This document shows, piece by piece, positions 56,101 to 64,000 of a stretch of 64,000 nt of DNA (positions are counted from its first letter, which is position 1; each line of letters begins with the position of its first letter). Under the pieces are notes generated by a model. That model was not told the DNA's origin. It did not search any database and was given only the letters and a program-made list of their open reading frames with translations. The stretch comes from Octopus vulgaris (Eukaryota): positions 54,870,001 through 54,934,000 of the forward strand of contig OX597821.1 in NCBI GenBank assembly GCA_951406725.2, written 5' to 3'. A program made the position numbers and the translations under genes.

Positions 56101-58068
56101 GTAGGTGATAAAGAGGTCCGGCCGGCCGTAAATGCGCACGTAGGTCAAGGCGTCTTGGGTCCTTTCACGCATATATCGCGGTCCTCCCGTGAAGGTGGAG
56201 GGTAGAATGCATGGCTTGCCGATGTTGCGAGGGTCATTTTCTTGTTGCAAACCGTCACGGAGATGAATGTAGGAGTCGGAGCGAAGTTTGGTCTGATTAA
56301 GTTTAATGTATAGCAGCCTTTCCGATTCCATTTTTGCGGCCATGTCGACGGCGAACTGGTTGAATAGCTGATGACAACGGGGCAATAAGTTGAACTGACC
56401 CTCCCTGACCATGAACCGGTATGAGTAGAACGCCCTGCAGGAAACCGTCTTTGATGCCGCAGTAGTTTGATTGGAGGGCTGCCGTAAAGGAATTCCGAAG
56501 TGGTAGCCGTCTTCCCCATAAGGGAAAAGCAATGGATACTGAAGCGCGTCATAAGATCTGTGAGTCTCGCTGATCCTGTGTAGGTTGTTACCACGGGAGG
56601 AGATGATTATGTCACGGCTGTTGTGTTGCTCTCCGTGTATGACTGCGGCAATTTTGTTGCACGCAGGTGCGTTGAAACGGCGTTCGTGCTCCCCGTGGGG
56701 TCGTTTATCAGCATCAATGACAACGGTGAAGTTTGGAGATGGAGCACTGTCCAAGGCATATCTGAAGCTGCAGACGTAGCTGTTGATATCATGAAGCATG
56801 GTTTGGAGACGGAGAAGAACGTCTTTGCGGGGAACATAGCTTGTACCCGGTATTATTCCAAGGCGTGCATCAACCTGGTGGTTGTAGTCGGCAATGAAGT
56901 ATATTTGGAGGAAAGAAGACTGCTGAATCTCGTCTGGCAGAAGTGACCCAATAAGATGGTAGACCTGTCCCTGCACTTTGAAAGTAGGCATCCAGCCTTC
57001 TCTGGGAGGAATTTTGGCCCTGAAAGAGGTCATTTGGAATGAGCAGTTGTACTTTCGAATTATTTCAAGGAATTGTGACGAATCGGGGGTTAAACCCGCC
57101 GCGAGATCCTTCAGTGGTTGAGGTGGTTCCCGTAGGGGTGGCAGGTCCACTTTGCCACCAGAGCAGCACAAACCAGGTGGCTCTCCGGGCCATTTCTTGG
57201 CTTTGCAAAACTGGCATACAATTGTCATTGACCCTATCTTGATGTCGTCACGCAAGGAGAAGTTAATTGTGGCGTTGTAGTTGAATGCTAGTGACAACCA
57301 GAAAGCGGGGGCAGGGGTACGTACACCACGAATGATATCCCGACGTTTGTTGATACTCTCAAGTCGAGTGCACCGTGCCTCAGCAGATTCAGATGCACGT
57401 GCGACAGCGGTAGCAGTGGCATCCCTTGAAAGCCTTTCAGCTCTCGCCTCAGCACCCTCTGAAGCCCTAGCAGAAGCAGTGTTAATGGCATGTCTGGATG
57501 TCCGAATAGTCCGTTGGTGTGGAGTTTCGGCAGATCGAGCCCTGGCTGTGTTTGCGGCGTTAGCAGCTTGGCGAGCTCTCCTCTGTTGAGGTGTTTCGGC
57601 AGCTTTGGCCATGGCTTTGTTTGCGGCGTCAGCATCTTGGCGAGTTCTCCTCTGCTGTGAGGTTTCGACAGATCGTGTCCTGGCGGTGCTAGTGGCGTTA
57701 GCCGCATTCCGAATGGCCCTTTGTTCGGGGTTCTCGCGAGCTCTGCGGATGGAAGCACAGTAAGAAGACCGCATGTTTTGGCTGGACTGTTGCTCTTTCG
57801 TCAACCTCGAGCGGAGGGAAGATCTGTACGCTGCGACCCTTGCAAGTCGGGTAGAATGGTCGCTAGTAGTTTCAGATGCCTGAGCAGCGGCATAACGGGA
57901 AGCTGTTTGCGAGAGGCGCAAGGCGGTTTCCTCGTGGGTCTCGCGTGCCCTTCTAGCCCTAGCAGCCGATGCCTTGGCCGTCCGAGGGCTGAGGAGGGTC
58001 CTTCTCTTCTTGGGTGGAATTTTGGTGGATAGCAATGTGTTTGGCAAAGGTGTAATAAAAAGGAACAC
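53149..58068 (-). CDS. Helitron RepHel transposase (STPR-like repeats, Zn-finger, HUH-Y2 Rep endonuclease, PIF1-family SF1 helicase)
   Basis: 1639 codons without a stop. Zn-finger CQFCKAKKWPGEPPGLCCSGG; Rep motifs PDLFITYTCNP, VEWQKRGLPHAHILIWL (HUH) and YVCKYINK (Y2); helicase motifs FFLDAPGGTGKT, IVWDECTM, SGDFRQTLPV, AMSINKSQGQTL and HGQLYVGCSRV. The track start is GTG; the likely true start is at 58020. Confidence 0.97.
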   Translation of the reverse strand: MFLFITPLPNTLLSTKIPPKKRRTLLSPRTAKASAARARRARETHEETALRLSQTASRYAAAQASETTSDHSTRLARVAAYRSSLRSRLTKEQQSSQNMRSSYCASIRRARENPEQRAIRNAANATSTARTRSVETSQQRRTRQDADAANKAMAKAAETPQQRRARQAANAANTARARSAETPHQRTIRTSRHAINTASARASEGAEARAERLSRDATATAVARASESAEARCTRLESINKRRDIIRGVRTPAPAFWLSLAFNYNATINFSLRDDIKIGSMTIVCQFCKAKKWPGEPPGLCCSGGKVDLPPLREPPQPLKDLAAGLTPDSSQFLEIIRKYNCSFQMTSFRAKIPPREGWMPTFKVQGQVYHLIGSLLPDEIQQSSFLQIYFIADYNHQVDARLGIIPGTSYVPRKDVLLRLQTMLHDINSYVCSFRYALDSAPSPNFTVVIDADKRPHGEHERRFNAPACNKIAAVIHGEQHNSRDIIISSRGNNLHRISETHRSYDALQYPLLFPYGEDGYHFGIPLRQPSNQTTAASKTVSCRAFYSYRFMVREGQFNLLPRCHQLFNQFAVDMAAKMESERLLYIKLNQTKLRSDSYIHLRDGLQQENDPRNIGKPCILPSTFTGGPRYMRERTQDALTYVRIYGRPDLFITYTCNPSCDEITRELLPGQSHTHRHDIVARVFRLNLGKMKDLIVKGQIFGHVRCHMFSVEWQKRGLPHAHILIWLTHKIETNDIDKFISAEIPDPDEDPGLYEIVRTTMVHGPCGPNYANTPCYKNGLACSKGFPKRFTLETQTGGDGYPLYKRRSPANGSRTITVGRHQVDNSYIVPYCPLLSKIFKAHVNVEFCSSIRSIQYVCKYINKGSDAAMFSIQRTTSRDEVSNYLAGRYLSSNEAFWRIYGFPLHQRHPAVVQLAVHLENGQRIYFTEQSAVHIATSPKDTTLTGFFKLCQRDDFARTLLYPQVPSYFVWSKNTWVRRKSGKNVESFPGVKFDSCLGRVYNIPPNQQECFYLRLLLHEVTGPTGFANIRTVNGVLCDTFREACMRLGLLEDDSQWDATMAEGALLQTHSALRHLFAILLQKCQLSDPLSLWMKYRDDMSHDFLRTAQQHCPSAEITFTNFIYNFALIQLEDAVIDMGGSALTEYGLPPPTREHANVMSAELLRETSYCIEELHQYVQDNEPRLIPDQRIAYNTIVDSVRQQRGGIFFLDAPGGTGKTFVTKLILAEVRRNTDIALAVASSGIAATLLPGGRTAHSAFRLPLDLAKSESPICNIAKNSEQADILRRCKLIVWDECTMAHKGALEALDRSLQDIRDSTAPMGGLTLLLSGDFRQTLPVIPKGTRADAVCACLKSSALWAHVRPLHLQTNMRAQLIGDSGSAAFSRDLLSLGENRMLSDADGYVQLDSLCTIVDTPASLRDAVFHDLQNNLRDLKWLAGRAILAPKNTTVNSINIQLLEAIPGDVHVYKSIDRTADPAQLADYPVEFLNSLEPPGLPPHILKLKVGAPIMLIRNLVPPKQCNGTRLVVKHLAPHLITATILTGCGKGEDVFIPRMHLQPSGADLPIHFRRSQFPVKLCFAMSINKSQGQTLQVAGLHLGEQCFAHGQLYVGCSRVGRRNDVFMFSPKRTARNIVYTEVFQ
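57322..57942 (-). repeat. Nine tandem 23-aa (69-nt) STPR-like coding repeats in the RepHel N-terminus
   Basis: Units ETHEETALRL.., ETTSDHSTRL.., LTKEQQSSQN.., ENPEQRAIRN.., ETSQQRRTRQ.., ETPQQRRARQ.., ETPHQRTIRT.., EGAEARAERL.., ESAEARCTRL.. recur with an exact 23-residue period and E1/R9 conserved in most units. Confidence 0.85.
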
Positions 58069-58142
58069 GTGGGGTAAGTATTTTGGTGGATAGTAATGTG
58101 TTTGGTAAAGGTGTAATAAAAAGGAGCTCGTAGGGTAAGTAT
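58020..58142. repeat. ~61-bp tandem duplication in the Helitron 5' leader
   Basis: TTTTGGTGGATAG(C/T)AATGTGTTTGG(C/T)AAAGGTGTAATAAAAAGGA...GGGTAAGTA occurs twice, head to tail. Confidence 0.9.
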
Positions 58143-59451
58143 CCGAAAATGTATAAAAAGTACAAAAACGGCCAAAAAGCTGGCAGCAATGTGAGTGACA
58201 ACAACGAAAAAGTCAAAAGTGATCAAACTGAACAAACGAAAGGAAAAGTTTTTTGATGCACACGACAAAAGTGGTTTATAATAAACCAAGAGTTTGCAAG
58301 TAGCGTCCGAGGACCGTTAGGGTACGTCAAAAATTGAAGGTAAAACGTTTGGGGTGGTAGTTATAAAGAAAGTTTAAACCAAAAAAGTATTCGAATAACT
58401 TGTGGCTGCAGCAGCTATTAGCAGAAGTGGCGGTGTTGGGGGTAAAGTCTCGAATGTAATTTCTTCCTGGTAGGAATTGGTTGGATCGAATTATCGATAG
58501 CTAAAAAGGTCAAGTTGCGTCCCCTAGACAGTCTGGTTTGTGTTTAATACACAAATTTGTTTGCTATGTGTGCCATGTATGATTAAATTAACCGATTTTT
58601 TCCAATAATGTATCCTATTGGAATAAAAGGGCTATATAGCTCCTTGGAGCAGACATGATGCTCGTTGTGAAAAAAAAAAAAGATTCCTGCCAATTTGTGA
58701 AAGATATTGTCGAAAATATGTCATCTTGAATTTGAACGCGATTTCCCAAAATGGCATGATTTTATCGATTGTTTCTGATGGTAAGGTATTGCATGGAAAA
58801 CTAACGTCAGAATTGAGTTTCTTAGGGTAACATTAAGCTTCACCATGAGTTTGGTGAAAATCGATTGCAAGTTGTGAAAACTACCATAGATAATGCGTTG
58901 CATAAAAAAAGCTTAGATTCTCGAGTTGCGTCCCCTAGACAGTCTGTGGTTCATGTTTATGATTCTCGACCCCATGTCGAATTTATCAATTTTTTTCAGA
59001 ACTGGGGGAACTTTTCAAAATTTTCGCTGCGTTAGTTTTGAATTATGACATTGGGCTATGTGTGTGTCAAGTTTCATCAGAATCGGTTGAAAGCCGTGGT
59101 CAGGGTGAGGGTACGAGAAAACAGACACACAGAAGCACGCACAGACAAACTGCCGTTTATATATAGAGAGATATTCAGGAATGGTTGTTGGTTAAGAAGT
59201 TCACTTCAGAACCACATGCTGATATATTCAGTTCCACAGTATGAATGCTATCAGCGGGAATCCTCTACTGTAGTCACAGGCTGGCTAAAACCTTCTGAGT
59301 GGAATTTGGAAGATGAAAACTAGAAGAATCCTCTCACATACTTAATGTTTTTTGTTGTATTGTGTATTTGTTTCTTTTTGTATCTTTTATTTAATATGGA
59401 TCTTGGATCTTCTATCAAAATGAAGCTGTATCCCTTGATTTGCTGCTTTGC

Positions 59452-59637
59452 TATATATTTTACAGGGTAGAATTTTTATTTACTTCTATTCCAATTCCTG
59501 AAATGGTACTAATACAAAAATCTATATTCTCTCTGCGCTAAATGCTTATTTACCACATTTTAATATCTTGATTCACTTGTTGATCAAATATAATTTGGTA
59601 AAACTAAAACAAACTCATGAGCAAGCTTAATTAATGT
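59452..59637. repeat. 186-bp direct repeat, copy 2
   Basis: Same sequence as 52415-52600 except CTGCG/CTGTG and AACTCA/AATTCA. Confidence 0.95.
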
Positions 59638-60025
59638 GGAACACTCATTACTTTAATGAAATACATCTTGTAATCACCTGAAGAAACATATCTACACCAT
59701 CGGATACTCCTAAACCAGCTGCAAAGTATCCCACTCATGAGGGATCGATGAAAGATAGCTCAAAACAACTGTAGTGATTAATACACATTCTCATATCTTC
59801 CATTTCTCTCATTATGAGAGGTAATGATATCAAGAAAACCCAAAGGTGTCAGGTAATGCTGAGTAAGTGCTATGGACAGACTATAGCTAAGCTCCAGGTT
59901 AGGTAATTATGTGAATGAGGAGTCCAACGAAGGTCATATATCAGCATGTGTGTATATAAAAAAATTAGCAGAATGAGATAAAAATCCAAGGCTGTGAAAG
60001 ATTTCAGAACATTTATAAATAGAAG

Positions 60026-60074
60026 GTCTTAGAGCTGTTTCCGGGATATTTTATATATTCCTTCATCGGAGACG
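60026..60074 (-). ncRNA. Degenerate hammerhead-like motif (probable Penelope pLTR)
   Basis: GTCT-CCGATGA-AGGAATAT..ATATCCCG-GAAAC-AGCT-CTA-AGAC. Stem I (GTCT/AGAC) is intact; core U4 and stem III are mutated. Confidence 0.45.
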
Positions 60075-60629
60075 GTGTGAGAAAATGGTTAAGTAATAGT
60101 TATTCTAGATAAGATACGAAATAGAGAGTGAAGTGGAGGAATGAAAATAGACGTGAGATATGCAGGGATATATGTATATGTATACACACACATTTAAAGG
60201 GCACATGACATAGTGGGTTGGATACTTGTCTCATAGTTGTAAGGTTGTGAGTTTGATTGCTCATGGTATGTGTCTTTGTGCAAGACACTTTATTTTTGTC
60301 ACTGCTCCAGTCCATTCAGCTGGCAAAATGAATTGTGCCCATAATTCAAAGGGCCAGTTTGTCCCACTCTGTATGATAGCAAATCTCCCTGAGAACTATA
60401 TTGAGGGTACACTTGTCTGTGGAATGCTCAGCCGCTTACACATTCATTTTATGAGCCAGCTGTTCAGTTGATTATATCAATGGGAACACACATCAGTGTA
60501 ACAGAGAGCTGGGCCATATATAAAATCTCAGTCAAGCAATTGAAATCACATTTAATGAGAATTGCCATTTTGTGAATCATACTAATTATATATACTCTAA
60601 TAGAACAGTCCTCATAAAAAATTCAAGGA

Positions 60630-60875
60630 CCACTACAGATCCTCTTCCAAAGCTTCTTTGCAAATGGGAAGCTTCCCAGAAAGTTAAAGGAAGGCATGAT
60701 ATATCCTATCCATAAAGAGGTAGCAGAGCAGATACTAAATATTATTGGCTGTTCTCTCTAATCAGATATGTCAGCAAAGTCATAGAACCCATTGTCAGAA
60801 GGAAGCTGATCTCATTGCTAAAAGTTAATGACTTGCTCCCTGACACTCAGCATAGCATCCACTCAGGAAGAAAAT
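60630..60875 (+). pseudogene. CR1/L2/Jockey-type LINE RT fragment
   Basis: PLQILFQSFFANGKLPRKLKEGMIYPIHK/GSRADTKYYWLFSLIRYVSKVIEPIVRRKLISLLKVNDLLPDTQHSIHSGR (one frameshift). Confidence 0.85.
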
Positions 60876-61478
60876 GGGATGTAATAATTGGATGTGGTAC
60901 TGAAGAAATAGCAATCACACCTGAAATATGCATATACAGCCATTACTTATTCTTCTATTTTCGGTCGCATTATTAGCATTGACATATATACAAATACACA
61001 AAACATAACTTTCAGTGCTGGCTCTAATATCTATAGAAAATCTGTAGAGATACCTTTAAAAATAGATTGAATTACACTTCTAACATAAGCAAGATGTAGT
61101 GTTGATTTATAAGACTTTAATACATTGGTTGTATATTATAGTTGCAAAATAAGATAGTGTCACTACCAGCAATTAACTTATATATACACATATATACAAG
61201 CACACACACACACTTATATACATGTATATAATTATACATATATATATTGTGAAACTGAGTATTACCAATTGGCTAACTGATGAAGAATTAGTAACATTCT
61301 GTGTTTGTCTGCCATCTGGTTGTACAGTCAGGATACATTATACCGTTTGTTTATTTACCATACATTGTTTCATTTATTAAGTAATGGAATGCAACACGCA
61401 CCAAATTTGTATTAACAAGTAAATTTTTATATACCTGTATGACTCTCTTGCTTGCCTTCACTTTTCCTCCCTTTTATT

Positions 61479-61528
<50 letters not shown>

Positions 61529-61659
61529 AAGATTTTATATATATATATACAATCTTTCTTCTCCCAAGAGTTTGTTCTTGGTGCTATTTATTTATTTATT
61601 TGCTACATAGCTGCCGTGGTTTTACTCACAGTTCAAGATCCATGGAGAAAGCTATGAAG

Positions 61660-62800
61660 TGGAACTGAAGGAAGCAGTGTGAAAAGAGACCATAAAAGAG
61701 TTATGTTGAGTATTAAACTTGTTTTAAAGAAAGCCTGGTGCAGAAGAAAACAAATTTGCCACATTGCCAAAACATTAAAGCTAGCAATATCTACAGGGGA
61801 GACATTACATGGCAATAGAGAGAAAATTAAGTCAAGTGTTCAAGAAGTTATTCTGTTAACTGCTAGGACCTTATTTTTATAGGGCTAATGGGAAACTGAA
61901 TATGAAACATCTCAAGAAGAAATATCAACAACAGCATTTAAATTTTCTGTTCTGGGAGGAAATGTTGCTGGTGATATGAAATTGAAAACCCTACTCATGC
62001 ATAACTCTGAAAATTCAAGAGCTTTCAAGGATTATGCAAAGTTTAATCTACCTGGTTTGGTGTTCAAATAAGAAGGCATGGATGATTAGCAACCTATTTG
62101 AAGTTTACAAGCATTTTTTCATCCTGTTGTTGAAATGTACAGACATAATATTTCAAACAAAGCATTGTTCTCTTTAGACAATACACCAAACTACCAAATA
62201 GATTTAAATGAGCTTTCTGATAATGGGAGAGTAGAATAAACCTCCAAAATACAACTTCAACCAATGGATCAAGGATGACGGATAATTTGAAGGCAACTTA
62301 TTTAAAAACTTTCAAACAATTTAGGAAAGTAATTGACAGGAAGGATAAACTTACAATTCGATTCTTAAGGAAGAAATTGAACATACTGGCTACTGTAGCT
62401 GTCATACATCAGTCATGGAATGAAGTGAATTCCCCAACTTTAAATGGTGCTTACAAAACTATATGGCCTGACTATATTTATGACCTTACAAGCTTTCAAC
62501 AAAAAGAAATTCTATATCAAATTCAGAAAGATTTTGTGACATTTGTAAGGGGTACAAGGTTTGAAGAAGTCATAGTGGATGGTGGTTGAGTTTGCTAACG
62601 ACTAATAGAGAAGCATTATCTACTCAGGAGTTGATGCTGTTAGAACAAGATCAAGCAGAGGAAAGAGATGAGAATACAGAAATTCCACTGACTCTACTTA
62701 AATTAACTGCAACAAATATTGCTAAAATGTTGATCTATGTAGAAGAAAGCCGGCAACTTACGTTATTTTGATAATGACCTTTATTGTAAATATAACATAG
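61660..62800 (+). pseudogene. pogo/Tigger (CENP-B-like HTH plus DDE_1) transposase remnant
   Basis: KRVMLSIKLVLK..HIAKTLKLAIST..NREKIK; LGGNVAGDMKLKTLLMHNSENSRAFK; SNKKAWM; LDNTPNY; LQPMDQG; NLKATYLKTF..IHQSWNEV. Multiple stops and frameshifts. Confidence 0.88.
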
Positions 62801-64000
62801 AAATTAGCAGAGAGTTCAGTTCCTACACAGAGCTAGACAAAGATATGATGCACTTTAAACATCAAACAGATGTTGATGATAATGAAATATAAAATAAAAG
62901 ATAGTGTCCCACATCCTCTCATTCCAACACCATCCCTTACATAAGAGGCAACAACTTCTGTGATTACAACATACCTTGTTACAATATTGCAAGTCTAATT
63001 TGTTTTGAAAATGTATTCTTGTTAAATTCTTTTATATATGCATACTGTACAGAGTATGTTTAGAAATTGTTATTTTTCTAAAAAAAATTAGCTGTGTTGT
63101 TTTTTCTTTTCTTTTTCTGAAAAAGATCTGTCAGAATGCATCTCACTTCATAACATGAAAATCAATGGGAAAATTAGTATTTTGTTATATATATATGTGT
63201 GTGTGTGGGAATAAGTATGAATATACCTGATATGCTATATTTAATTCTATGCATTCAATTAGAAAGTAGAATTAGTGTCTTTTCATAACACACTGGATTT
63301 CTTTATTTTTTTTTTGCACAGTAAAGTTATGTTTGAAGGAGCTAAAGAATTGTTTCTAAATTTTAATATTTTTATTGTCAACAATTAAATATAGCAATAA
63401 TGTATGACAATCAAGCAGCAACATTACCAGCTCTCTGTTTCTCTATCTCTCTCCTTTGTTTTACCACACATACATTTTCCACCACTAAAGTCACTAAACT
63501 GACAGGTATGAAGTTATTTGCAACACAGACAAACCTCCCTAATACACAGATATGTTACCTCCTTTATCTGTCTCTTCTGTCATCAACAGAGTTATATCTG
63601 ATACCCAATCCTCTAAGGTGCTGGGGAACTTCTTTATGCCATCTCAACAACTAGTCTCTGTGGACCTATGCATGTCAGGCATACACCCCCTTTCGTGCAG
63701 ACCCAAAAATTAAATTACTAATTTTAAGAATCTACATCGATTTATGGTTTGAGAAAGAGAGATAACATGTACATGGCCTTAAGTGCTCTGTAGCTCATTC
63801 TTTGTTAGGGTTGAATAGCCAATCCCTGCCAGCCTGGATTCACAATATGGGTTGTACTACACATTTTTTGATTGCTTAATACAAAACAGTTTCACAAGAC
63901 TTCCGTTTTAGGGGATTTTACTGAGTTACCATCTCTTGTACACCAATTTGTCACAAGGTTAACCATCTACAGTTGAGTGGACTGGAGCAATATGTAATGC

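Larger units (their letters stand above)
53027..59171 (-). mobile_element. Full-length autonomous Helitron (rolling-circle transposon), ~6.1 kb
   Basis: Minus strand starts 5'-TCTCTCTATATATAAACGGCAG and ends CCCGGGCAACGCCGGG-CTATGCTG-CTAG. It is inserted between host A and T without a TSD, encodes a complete RepHel frame and is visibly more GC-rich than its flanks. Confidence 0.96.

Noticed and set aside
57322-57942. 69-nt periodic array as a CRISPR-like array
   Set aside because: The periodicity is at the protein level within an open frame, with no constant repeat/unique spacer structure, and the context is eukaryotic.
53417-58289. Many overlapping ORFs on both strands inside the Helitron (e.g. 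53960-54493 +, 57801-58289 -)
   Set aside because: Shadow frames expected in GC-rich coding DNA; no recognisable motifs.
53027-59171. GC-rich block as bacterial or viral contamination
   Set aside because: It has precise Helitron termini at an A|T site joined to host-type SINE and AT-rich DNA, and related short elements occur elsewhere in the window.
52415-59637. 186-bp repeats as LTRs or a TSD of the Helitron
   Set aside because: They do not abut the termini, lack TG...CA, PBS and PPT, and Helitrons do not create TSDs.

Overview
AT-rich, microsatellite-dense animal DNA, probably intronic or intergenic. The SINE and RTE families resemble octopus (cephalopod) repeats; this is an inference from recalled repeat families, not a database result. 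I recognise no host protein-coding gene, and nearly all ORFs in the track are microsatellite translations. The dominant feature is a young, full-length, GC-rich autonomous Helitron (53027-59171, minus strand). It has an uninterrupted 1639-codon RepHel frame (Zn-finger, HUH-Y2 Rep, PIF1 helicase), nine tandem 23-aa STPR-like repeats at the N-terminus and an apparent ATG>ATT start-codon change. The window also holds two non-autonomous Helitrons (one with a fully palindromic, bidirectional 3' end) and a near-identical 186-bp duplication flanking the large Helitron. Decayed elements include Tc1/mariner, pogo/Tigger, Chapaev-like, Gypsy, RTE, CR1/Jockey and Penelope remnants. There are also candidate minimal hammerhead ribozymes, three foldback MITEs and many tRNA-derived SINEs, several carrying nested insertions. 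Boundaries of decayed elements are approximate.
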